A DNA stretch of 64,000 bases. Origin: Owenia fusiformis. Lineage: Eukaryota. How positions within the stretch are numbered: the stretch's first letter is position 1; each line of letters begins with the position of its first letter. The stretch lies in the NCBI GenBank assembly GCA_903813345.2, contig CAIIXF020000001.1, positions 5,084,001 through 5,148,000 on the forward strand, in the 5' to 3' direction. The translations under genes were made by a program, and so were the position numbers. The notes under the pieces are model-generated. The model was not told the origin of the DNA, did not search any database, and was given only the letters and a program-made list of their open reading frames with translations. This document shows positions 23,628 through 34,969 of this stretch, piece after piece.

Positions 23628-24472
23628 TGTTACGTTCGAAAATAACAGAAGGTAAAAACAGCAATTAAAATATGATAACAATATATTTATATTTTGAAAA
23701 CTAAATAATTTAACAATAATATAAAGGAGATTTAATACTTATGTGATGTCCAATCAATGATACGGCTTATTCTTGATGTCGATAAATGTCGTTGACGATC
23801 CTTGAGAATGTTCCGGATCACGAAATGTTTCAATAATCGTTAATAGTTCTCCAATGTTTGTAATAATCCAATAATGTTTGTTGTTATCCTATAATGTTCG
23901 TATCCAATAATGTTTGATGATAATCCACAAATGTTTGATGATAATCCACAAATGTTTATGATAATCCACGAATATATATGATAATCCGTATATAATGTAT
24001 GTTGTAATATATGTCCATATAAAGTCCTCAGGTTGTATGTTTGTAGTGTTATAAATGTTCCCACAGTAATTATCTGCTAAGAAGATATCCTTTTGATAAA
24101 CTTTGAAATTCTGCTTTATTTAGTTCCTTTGAGATGTCCAGTTATGATTACTTAATTATCTGCTACTGAGTCCACTTTGCAGTTTTATTTATAGTGTGAA
24201 AGAATCATCTAGAAAGAATCTTCTGGAACTGAGACTACTTGTTGAGTTTTGATTGGACATCTCCAGTCACATGATTAAGTCTTAATGAATGATTATATTT
24301 TCTAGAACTCTCTGGATGGTCAAGGGTTAATGAGTCATTCAGTTCAGTTTTGTTTACAAGATATAATGTCATTGTGACCTTGACCTAAGATCTTTAATGA
24401 AGATCAGTTACAGTATATGCATATTGATAAACTAAACTTAATGTGAATATAATAGAATATAATACTGTAACA
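23628..24472 (-). repeat. 5' LTR
   Basis: Direct copy of 19087-19931 at an offset of 4541; the same 74-aa incidental ORF appears in both copies. Confidence 0.95.
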
Positions 24473-26380
24473 CTAAGATTTTAATCGGTAGCATCGGGTC
24501 TATGTCTTGCATAATTGTATTCATAACATGCAAATAACAAAGCAATTGAAATTACAATTCAAAGCTTTACAATGAAAATGATATAACTTCCAGTATGATT
24601 AAAAAAGTTGCTGAGGTGAGCAAACAAATAGAATAATAACAAAATTTTCATTGCATTCCATTTTCTTATTTATATATTACATACATTTGAATGTGGTACC
24701 TCTACAACATTTTAACACATGAACTCGAATTGCAGTAAAAATGAATTTACTTTGAATAAAATTGCAAAGAAAATATATTATAGTTTTATGCTCTTATATA
24801 TGTGTTTTGTTGTGAACAGTGACATACATGCATGTACAAATACTGTAACTAGCTGCCTATTCAAATTGGTCCATATCCTGAGAATTGAACAAATTATTCA
24901 TAGATTATGCTCATAAATCAGCCTTGGTATTTACGTTCTTTTCATGGTGAGGAACATATGCAAAAGAGCAAGATGATTCGTCCTCATTGATTTTGATTGT
25001 AAAAGTCTAGTCAACGGCGACGCCGACTTTACTTACATGTAATTCTATCGTATTCCATTCATTGAGTCGTTTTTCATAAATAATGCCCTAACACGGTGTC
25101 CACTCTAGAAAGCCATTCCCCTCAAGGTCATATACACGGGGATCAATAACTTTTGAATCATTAATCAACAAATAGTGGCCTTCTATCTCAGATAATAATT
25201 TGGAGTCCTGACATAAAACTTGTAGAAACCCTTGTAGAAATATAATACATAGTGCCCTGCGCCCAGAGTCTAGTTTTAAACCTATAACGAAGCAGCTCTC
25301 TTTTAAGAAGCGAAGTCGAACGAATACAAATGATAAGTACATAGACTACCAACAAGTATTGTAACCTCTATTGATTTGCTTTAATTGTTAAACATATAAT
25401 AACATAAACGTGGAAATATATTTAATGTTATGATTATTAGTATCTTACTTTAATTCCCTATGGCCAAACAGTGAGTGAGGAGTACGAACAAAATGATCAT
25501 TTAAAAAAACAAAAGAACGTTTTCATCTTTAATATGCTTAAGGATTTTTCATTGAGGCCACCGTCTGTTGCTTGGGTGGGTTGAGCCATCTGCCCAGAGA
25601 CAATAATTGTGAAACTGAAAAGGTTGGTTCCTCCGTTGATGTCTGAATAGGTTGGTTCCTCCATTGATGTGATAATTGTGATACTGGGAGTTTTACCGTA
25701 TTTCAGCGAGCCATCGCCAGGGACAATAGTAAGGTTGTCGAATGGCAGGAATAGGGTCCAGTATGGTCGCGTTGTAGCTAACTGAGGAAAAAATCAAAGC
25801 CATTCGAGGCCATTCAGGAAATGTTCCTGTTCTTGATTTAACGTGTATTTGTTTTGTTATTAGAATTAATGATATAATGAATAATGTAATTGTTAAAATG
25901 AATAAGATTATAGCACCTGGTTCAAGTTGTATTAAACTTACTATAGTTCCAGCGGATAATATATTCCCTCGAAGAAATGGTTCGATTGGGCAAATGCTAG
26001 ATACTTTCATTACAGGGATGTGTATTACATAGTATTCAGAGGGGTATGATTTTTATTAGACAAATTAGTGAACGAGACATCTATATTTGCTCTAATATTG
26101 TTCGCGTTCTACACAGACAAAAATAGAGATGAAACAAACTAACGTGAACGTGTACAATTTTGGTTTTGTATTCGCACATTCGAAACTGCTTCCCCTGAAA
26201 AAGCCGAACAAAAAATTAAACATTGTTTTCTATTTTCTTTGTAAAATTAGTGAATTTTCTTTGGTATAACAAAACATATCAGTTAAAATTTAATGTGAAG
26301 TTCAATTATAGTGGGGGGAATTTGCTGGAAAATATTTCAGTTGGTGATACAAGCAAATTTAATGGCTTAATCTGTTATTT

Positions 26381-26988
26381 ATGTTATTAGGAAAAATTCC
26401 ATCCCTGTGATCGATAAAACCGAACACTATTTCAAGAAAAATTCAAGATGGCCGCCATATAGGCATAATTTGGTAAAAATAACACTCTAGATTCATATAT
26501 AGAGACAAATATGGTTTAAAAATAATATTGATACAGTAGTAAAGCATGTTGCTTACATCTAGAAATAAGTCACATTCATTAATGATTTGAATTTGGACAA
26601 AATGACTTTATATAGGGATTCTACAAGGTTCTATTTTGGGAGAGCTCGTATTTTGCATCAACTGAAGTCTGTACTTGTAAGTCCTGACTTTTTACATCTC
26701 TTATTATGCTATTAGGAAAAGTTCCATCCCTGTGATCGATAAAATGAAACATTATTTCAAGAAAAATCCAAAATGGCCGCCATATACGCATAATTTGGTA
26801 CAAATAACACTGTAGGTTCATATATAGAGATAAATGTGGTTTATATAATAATACTGTTTCGGTAGTAAAGCATGTTGTTTACATCTAGAAATACAGTCAC
26901 ATTAATTAATGATTTGAACAAAATGACTTTATATAGGGATTTTACAAGGTTCTATTTTGGGAGGGCTCTTATTTTGCAACAACTGAAG
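26381..26988. repeat. Tandem duplication of a ~325-bp unit (2 copies)
   Basis: tattaggaaaa.ttccatccctgtgatcgataaaa... starts near 26381 and again near 26706. Confidence 0.85.
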
Positions 26989-27163
26989 TGAATGAACCTG
27001 TTTTCTTGAATAAGATAATATTTCACACATCATTCAATCTTATATTTCAAGTAAGTTAAATTATTGTCTTACAAGTATAAAATAGCCTTTGAAGGAGTTC
27101 CACATGGTTCCTTTTTACTCTGTTATAATCACAATCTCATATATACTGTCAAAATGTTAATCA

Positions 27164-27627
27164 CTTATACAGAATTGCATGTGCAATTGCACAAGTCTGT
27201 ACATGTAAGTCCTGAACATTGTACATTGTACAAGATCTTGGCAGGTTTTGTATGACTGTGTCTGGGTTGTCAACAGTGGGGTAACTGTTTCATTATTGAC
27301 CCATCCCAGTAGTCGTAAAGGCCAGGTGGTGAAGAATTTAGCATTTGTCACCAATATGCTGTTCCAAGGCATGTGAGTAGGTTGAATTCTTTCGATTGAT
27401 CTTCCTTTTTTGCAAAACGAGTACTTTCTGGATGTATTTATATCAATTGTTTCGCTTGTTCTGTCAGATAACTATTTTCTGTGATATTTGACAGATCTTC
27501 CATATATGTTGATGAATGCCTCTGCCACACTAGTAAACCTTTCCCACAGTTTCCAGGCCTGGAAATGTCCGTGGAAAGCTGAGGTTTTGTCACTTTCTGT
27601 GAATGAGTGGAAAGCTGGGACAGCCAT
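27164..27627 (-). pseudogene. Frameshifted remnant of a transposon-associated protein with a PAFH.FTGCD-type (H3TH/5'-nuclease-like) motif and a C-terminal CXC Cys cluster
   Basis: Translated fragments in order: VPAFHSFTESDKTSAFHG..QAWKLW, NTSRKYSFCKKGRSIEE, GWVNNETVTPLLTT..KTCQDLVQC, GLTCTDLCNC. The family assignment is from memory of the motifs. Confidence 0.65.
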
Positions 27628-27831
27628 GCCTTATCTTTTCACCAGCTTTTGTTTGGAACGAAATTTAGCTTTTCATGTTGTAAGTTCAATGTTATTTTCT
27701 TTTGTGTTCCATATATGGAAAACACTCATTTCTAACTAGCAAATTCCTACCCAACTTTCGAATTAACTTCCCTCCAATCGTTTCCTTCCATGACATGACA
27801 TACCACATATTTGATGTTCACAATTAAAGGA

Positions 27832-29029
27832 CGCGGTGTCCAACCCAAACGCTCTTACATGCAAGATTGAGCATTTCATTACTGAAACTAAACAAAGAAA
27901 CGCTCTGGAGTATGGCCAGTGGGAATGATGAGTCATCTGACAATTTCCCCAATAATGGGAATAAGAAGTATGTGTTACTTATTTTAAGTATACCATTTGA
28001 TGGCTATGATATATTGTACTTGGATGACTGTTGACGTTTGAAGCAATTAGGAAGAGCTGAATGAAGCAGTATAGTTTGTCGAGACATGCGACTAGTTGAG
28101 TTGAACATCAGAGTATATTTTGGTCAAATTCCAAACCTTGATCACACAATACATTATCGTAATCGTGATTTGATAACCTAAAATTAAGTCTTAAAAATGA
28201 TGACATTCTCATATTCAAGAAATGCTGTGATCTGGTTAACACAGTGAACTGGAAACGCTGCGGTACTAGGCTAGATATGTTTAGGAATTAGCTCAACTTT
28301 CCTTTTCAAGAAGAGAAAGAAAAGATCTATTGTATCCCTTGGCATCAAAAGAAGAAAGATTAATTCACAGATAATCTTTTTGTTTTTGTCAATAGTTTTG
28401 TTTTATAGCACACATTAGGCAAAGCATCATCTAATGTAGGCTTAGTTGATTTGTTGCACGTGTAGCACCACCAGGTTGAGAAGTTTCAATTTACTTAACA
28501 AGTACAAAAGGTTTTTTAGAGATAGATTCCATTCCGAACGTTTCTCTAATAATCTGAAAATGATATCAAAACAAAATAGTAAGAACGTTTCAAAAATTTT
28601 GTCCAAAATCGACAGAAACAATCGAGGAAAACAAGCAATTTCTCAAAAACAAGTAATGGATTTGGACTTTCAGCAAATGAGAATAAACAAGTTTGTGATC
28701 TACTACTTTGACAGAAAGATGGACAATTTCATATAAATACTAGTTTAATTCGTAATTTGTGGTCAATACGTCAACTTCAGATTTGTTCTATCTACACTAT
28801 GGAGCTTTGATCAAGCAAATAACAGTTTACCATCAGAAGTTGAATAAATAAGATCTCTGCTCAGAGTATTGTTCATCAAATGGTACATAATATTTCACCA
28901 TAACATATGATATGAAAGAGAAACTAGTGAAACAATACTTACGGTCACAGTGGGATCTTCATTAGCCCCGTTTCCGCATGAATGAAACATTCCTTTGTGC
29001 ATGTAAGAGCGTTTGAGTTGGACACTGTG
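27832..29029. mobile_element. Nested non-autonomous element with 32-bp TIRs and a CACTGTG right end (Transib/CMC-like)
   Basis: cgcggtgtccaacccaaacgctcttacatgca vs tgcatgtaagagcgtttgagttggacactgtg (29/32 complementary); flanks aagga / aaaga. Confidence 0.6.
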
Positions 29030-30799
29030 AAAGAATGCATAAGATACATTTATGGGATGAGTTAATATTTTACACTTAATCAAAATTCTACAAATAATGG
29101 TAGATTTTTGTTACATTAAATTTTGCAAATTCTTACTCAAATTTCAATTCACCTTCCTGCTGGGTTTTTCATTCCTTCTTACTGAAGAGTCGTGGAAAAC
29201 CACATATTTCATATTCATACTCAATAATGCATAGAATACATTGATGGACTTATTAATATTTTTTACCTCAACCAAAATTCAATGAATAATTGGATTTCCT
29301 TTTATTGGTCATGATGTCGCTGTAATAGTCTGTAATTGTGAATACATGGTAAATGTCTGCACTAGATAAACCATTTATTTGAGAAAATCCTTCAATTCTT
29401 AAGGCTACGGTCATTTATACAAACTAATTTGATATACAGCAGAGCATTAAAATCTAAAATTTAAGAGCAATCCTACTCATTATACTTAATTCATAGGAGT
29501 AGGGTTATACAAACTTATAAATGAACAAAATAAGAGGGGGACCAGAAATGAACCTTGCTTTACTCCCATATAATTATTTATTTTGACTTAAGCTCATGAC
29601 ATGTATTATGTGGTGTCCCTATAAGTGCATTTAGTCCTGAAAACACAATTTAAACTTTATATTACAGCTGTATTTGCCAAATCAGAGCTAAATATATTAT
29701 CCGAGCTATAGTGTGTCGGCCATCTTGGATTTTGGCGGGAAAAAGTAAAAAAATCCATCGATCACAGAGACAGATTTTTTCAAAAAGGTTTGAAGTAGTA
29801 GAAAAGCAAAAGTTTATACTTGTATCACCATCTGAAATATTCTGCCAAATATAGGGGTAAATTCCCCCCACTATTAGTGTTTTTTATGTAAAATAGCGTG
29901 CTCCCCTAAAGTGGATGATGATAACCCGTGATTATAATTGTTGGTACATTGCTATAGTGTTCCGAGCCTTGTTGCTTTCAACAATTGAACAAGCTTTTCT
30001 TATTGCGTTGTGATACGCACTTTCTCATGAGCGACATACACTAACCATGCTTTTAGAAAGTGAAGGCTGTCATACAATAAATGAAAAGTTGGGCTTCATT
30101 TTTGATATAAATCATTTGAGTTTTGGCTCGGATAGCCTTGATTCTCTCTGTTCTGTTTCGATTAACATTCATTCCATGCAGAGAGACGATGTTAAGGCAT
30201 TTTAACTTTTTGTACCTGTAACTTTTATATTACTATTTTCTTTTACCTTATATCATTGTATATGTTTATGTTTCTTTATTTCCTCCGTTTTATTGGAGAG
30301 CAAAACAATTTATACATGCATATCACATTACAAACATATATTACAGAAAAGTAAAGGGTTATTAATATTTACATATTTACAAGTTAAATGACTCTAAATA
30401 CATTTTATCATTACAATTCAAGCGTACCTATTTGAAATACATATTTATATTGTAAAATGTATTTGCACATTCGATAACGAACATTTCATAAATGGTGTCA
30501 TTGGCTACATCAAAATCTATTCTGCTACCCTGTGTATCATATGTTTCTCTTTGACACCACTTATTATAGATTACCCTCTGCATTCGTTCAACTTCATTTC
30601 TTAAAAGAGACCTTCGTCTTCAGCAGTTTGTAACTAAAATCTGCACGCAGTGTAATTATAGATCATGTGTCACTTTTTAATTTGGTGACAAAAAATAAGG
30701 ACGTCGTGACAACTGAAAATCGGAAATTAAAGGGTTAATTGATTTGGCCTCCATTGTTAAAATGAAAGACAGATCACTGACATTGTATGTGGATCCTAC

Positions 30800-30833
30800 C
30801 ATGGACCTATATCCTCGAGGATATAGGTCCATG
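30800..30833. repeat. Perfect 34-bp palindrome flanked by a 7-bp direct repeat
   Basis: ATCCTAC|CATGGACCTATATCCTC GAGGATATAGGTCCATG|ATCCTAC. Confidence 0.9.
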
Positions 30834-31006
30834 ATCCTACAGACATCATGACTTATTCATTGGGATCACTACGTACATGTGTCATACTAAATTATGGATG
30901 GACAGATACAACCATTGGAACATAACAACAAATGCTAGATGTCACTATAAATGAGAACCGGCGATGGCTAATTAGACAAGTAAAACCGACGTTCACTATG
31001 CATCTA

Positions 31007-32311
31007 CGAGGGAAGATCCAAAAGTTTCCGGCCTAACATAGTTCTAGTTGATGGATTTTCAAAATGATAGTGTCATTTTTCAATGTAGTCTCCCTGTACT
31101 TCGATGCACTTGGCCCATCTTCTTGGCAGCATCTCAAGTCCAGTTCTGAAGAAATCAGGAGCATTACCCTCCAACCACTGGTTAACAGCTATCTTGACCT
31201 CATCATCAACATCAAAGCGTTGCCCTCGTAGAGATTTTTTGAGTTTCCCAAATAGGTAATAGTCACTGGGTGCTTGATCTGGAGAATAGGGCGCATTCGG
31301 TAATAATTCCAGATGGCATTCTTCTGCTGCATCACGAGCAACTTGGCTTGTGTGAACAGGTGCATTGTCCTGTTGATGCAAAACTCCAAGACGGACTTTG
31401 TGTGGCCTGGTTTCATCAAGTTTAGCTTTTAAAGTACGCAACAAAGCAGCATAATATTCTCCATTCATTGTAGTACATCTTGGAAGGTAGTCTACTAAGA
31501 TAGGACCTTCACAGTCCCAGAAAATGGTAGCCATCATCTTTTTGTTGGATGGGGTGGTGCGAAACTTCTTTGGGGGTGGGGACCCCATATGTTTCCATTG
31601 CATTGACTCATGTTTGGTTGAAGGCTCAAAATGACGCATCCATGTTTCATCACAAGTGACTATTCTCTCCATAAAACCTTGTGGATCAGTGTTATACATG
31701 TCCAAAAGCTCTCTTGCAACAGCAACTCGTTTTGTTTTCATGTCCTCTGTGAGCATGCGTGGCACCCATCTTGAGCTTAACTTTTGCATGTGTAAATCTT
31801 CATGAATTATTCTACAAACGGTGCCATATGATAATCCAGTTTCTTCTACAAGTTCACGTATAGATTTCCGCCTATCTTCCAATATTGTTTGATGTAGAAG
31901 ATCAACATTTCTATCTGAAGTGACATCTTTAGGTCTTCCAGAACGTGGTGCATCATCAATTGATTCCCGTCCGCGTTTAAATTTAACCACCCAAAATTTT
32001 ACAGTAGAATAGGAGGGAGCACCTTCCCCATACACATCCTAAATCTATCGTAGATTTCCTGCCCTCCATTTTCTTCTTGATATAGAAACTTTATCACAGC
32101 TCTATATTCAGTTTTCTCCATTGTGATCACTGATGTGCAGCCACTGTGACCTGACCTCATTATGAATATTCTCAAAATGAGGCTGTGACCCCTAGAGATT
32201 AATCATATGCATAAATTATGTTCATACATAAGCAACATTTGAACTGTGAAGAATGGTTGCTCTCAGACATCGGGAACTATGTTAGGCCGGAAACTTTTGG
32301 ATCTTCCCTCG
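31007..32311 (-). mobile_element. Full-length mariner transposon (1305 bp)
   Basis: Perfect 38-bp TIRs cgagggaagatccaaaagtttccggcctaacatagttc (31007-31044 and 32274-32311); TA target duplication on both sides. Confidence 0.96.
31073..32121 (-). pseudogene. Mariner DD34D transposase with a single 1-bp frameshift near 32036-32040
   Basis: WVPRML, TCDETW, QDNAPVH and YSPDQAPSDY motifs, with 34 residues between the last two Asp. The true start MEKTEYRAVIKFL at 32121 is out of frame with the main ORF (span 1049 bp, 1 short of 350 codons). Confidence 0.88.
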
Positions 32312-32710
32312 TAGCAACTACAATGACAAAGGCCGCCTTCTTACGCAATGGATAGTGATCATCGTATGAAAGCCGCTAATATTGAATCATTCCAACGAGC
32401 TACATGTATGTTCAAGAATCTAGATGTTAGACTGGTTTATTTGTCATACGTCTTTAGCGAGTGATGAATGTTTTATTTGGAGAGGGCTCAAAGTCATGTT
32501 AACAAGCAATACATTTCCAATCATTTCCAATGGATTGAATATAACTGCTGGTATTAGAAGATGGTTCGGATAAGGAAATATACCGGCTACTAATGCAGCA
32601 TTACAAAATTACTAGGAAGATTCGCAAACCCGGAGGTGGTTTCGCCAGAACGGCCTCTTGAACAAATAATTACTAGCATTAATGAATATGTTCAAAGGTA
32701 ATAATTTTCC

Positions 32711-33727
32711 ATGACGCTTGTTGAAACAAGTGATAAGCATGTATGCTTAGATGCTGAAAGAACTAACACATCTACCCCAGAAAGAAATCTCGATATTTTG
32801 AACATTAAACCAATGGATGCAGGGCTGATGAAAGAGAAACCAGAGAACTGCAAGGTCAACAAATTATTCGTGGATGACATTGTTGTAACATCTTCGAACA
32901 ATGATTCCGTTGTTGAATGTGAAAATATTCGAAGTGATCCTGTGTTGAAATTTAGCAATGATGAAGGAATAGAAGTAGACACTCAGCTGATTTCCGAAGA
33001 TAAAACTAATAAAAAGCCTATTGAAAACGATTGGGGTAAATGCAAAGACGATATCATAGATATTAAAAATAAACCAGGGGAAAACATTGTTGATCAACAA
33101 AATAATGATTCCGACATCGGCATCAAATTCGAATCTGGGCGACACAAGAAAACCATCACTGATGTGAATAATATCAAGCAAAGTGCAGAAACCGACGAAC
33201 GCATGGAAGATGATGCCGATTCTGATGATATGTCTGAACACGAATTTGATAACATGATAAAGGAACAAAACAATTTTCATAAAGCTAATTCATCTACGGC
33301 AATAAGTGAGGACAATAATGATGTCAATGCTTGGTTTCTCGAGAAAAGCGATGACAATTCTTTTAACGCAAACATTTGGAAACTGGATTCGGAAAACAAT
33401 ACAAATAAGGATCAAAAGACACTTACTATAGACGAATATGCTGATATGCTTCTGACCGATCCGGATTTGGATAAGGCTGATATTGTTGTGATAAGGCAAA
33501 AACACGAAAATAACGACACGTTGACATCGCAAACCGTCACCGTGAATGAACAAATTGAAAAGACAGATTCAACAGACATAGTCGATAGACTTCTTAACAC
33601 AAATCATATAACAGAAGAAGATCTAAATTGCCTTGTTGGATCTATATCCATGACAAGTCAAGCCCAAACGGATGCAACATTGACGGACGCCATCGACGAT
33701 CTCGAGTCGCTCCTAACTGAAGAATAG
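32711..33727 (+). CDS. Acidic, Asp/Asn-rich disordered protein (338 aa ORF, possibly a terminal exon); probable distant paralogue of the 14858-18628 exon
   Basis: 1-kb open frame with coding-like composition; the C-terminal DIVDRLL...DLNCLVGSIS aligns with DIVNKLL...DIDALEKSIT. Confidence 0.6.
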   Translation: MTLVETSDKHVCLDAERTNTSTPERNLDILNIKPMDAGLMKEKPENCKVNKLFVDDIVVTSSNNDSVVECENIRSDPVLKFSNDEGIEVDTQLISEDKTNKKPIENDWGKCKDDIIDIKNKPGENIVDQQNNDSDIGIKFESGRHKKTITDVNNIKQSAETDERMEDDADSDDMSEHEFDNMIKEQNNFHKANSSTAISEDNNDVNAWFLEKSDDNSFNANIWKLDSENNTNKDQKTLTIDEYADMLLTDPDLDKADIVVIRQKHENNDTLTSQTVTVNEQIEKTDSTDIVDRLLNTNHITEEDLNCLVGSISMTSQAQTDATLTDAIDDLESLLTEE

Positions 33728-34350
33728 ATCTGGCAAAAGAAATCATATACTGTATATACATGTAACAATACCAAACAAAAGTTGATGCAAGCACTATATC
33801 TAAAATAGAAGTTCACAATGTGACAAAGAATTTACCCACCATTGTTGGGAAATCTATCAAGTTGAGGTTTACGACTGCCAAAACATAAGATTTAATACCA
33901 TCCCCTCAAAAATATACTATTAATTTTCAATGCTTTCATAAATAGATGTAAGAAGGACGAATAAACGAAATATACTATTCACTGTTAAAATTTCAATCAG
34001 GCTAAAATCCTCCACACGCAGAGCTTTTAACATCCTCCACTCTACTTTGGAAAGGGGAAACGAACATAGTGGGCGGTGTATAGAGCCCTGTGTTCGTAGA
34101 ATGATAATTAGCACGTGAATTTCCAGCTACGATATTTAATACATATGTATGACTAAACATGTGAATAACAGTTTTGATTGTTTATAAAATATATGCCAAC
34201 AAGCAAGCAACAATACCGCCAACGATTTTTTATCTTTGATGAGTGGATATAATACCCCTGCTTCGAATACCCTGCGCACAGTCTTGTTATAAAAATGAAG
34301 CTCTCTTTTAAGAGGTCGAACGAATGCAAAGGGTATGCTTTAAACGATGT

Positions 34351-34969
34351 ACAGGGTGTCAAAAAACAACGGCACTCCCCCCCCCCTCTACAGCAAAAAG
34401 TCCTTAATGTTACATATTGTGTCATACCTCATTTGAAAGATAATTTAATTCTGGAGTTACTTATCAAATTTCATTTTATAAAACTTTATATTAAAAAAGC
34501 TACGTTGTTTCAAAGTTTGCTACTTCGGTACTTTGTTTGCTGGTCTGTAACTGGTTAAAGGTCAAATCTTAAGAAAGTGGAATATGAAAGAATTAGCCCA
34601 GATTTCAACTGTACTGAAAATATGGGCTCAGTTCTGAAAAACAGGGTATAGGAATTGATGGACAAAGAGCCTCTTGAAAAAAGATACAGTAAGGATGTAA
34701 TTCTGAAGAATTTGAGAAAAGTGCTTAGAGGATTATGCAATGCTACACCTTTATCTGAATTTTTATTGAAATCTTATCCATCCAGATAAGCTGCTGTTCG
34801 AGCAGCAACTGGTAGTCATACCAACTACTAAGGATCAGCTGTAAATCTGTAAAATTGTAAGACATAAAGCTGAAATTTCTCAGGTAACTCCAGAATTAAA
34901 TTGTCTTTAAAATGATATATGACACACCATGTAACAATAAGTACTTTTTGCTGTAGAGGGGGTGCCGTT
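34351..34969. mobile_element. Tc1/mariner-type MITE with the right terminus eroded
   Basis: Left end ta|cagggtgtc; aacggcac..ccctctacagcaaaaagt pairs with actttttgctgtagagggggtgccgtt over about 100 bp. Confidence 0.7.

Larger units (their letters stand above)
19087..24472 (-). mobile_element. Gmr1-like Ty3/Gypsy LTR retrotransposon, non-autonomous (no RT/RNase H), recent insertion
   Basis: Two 845-bp TG...CA LTRs, 5-bp TSD CTAAG (19082-19086 and 24473-24477), tRNA-Pro PBS, PPT, and a gag-PR-IN' ORF with integrase directly after protease. Confidence 0.93.
26311..29871. mobile_element. TA-flanked TIR DNA transposon relic with subterminal repeats and a decayed internal gene
   Basis: TA|GTGGGGGGAATTT ... 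AAATTCCCCCCAC|TA; subterminal inverted blocks aatatttcag.tggtgatacaag and ctgtgatcgat...caagatggccg occur at both ends. Confidence 0.7.

Noticed and set aside
19299-24064. Duplicated 74-aa ORF (19299-19523 and 23840-24064)
   Set aside because: An incidental ORF across the LTR minisatellite, duplicated only because the LTRs are.
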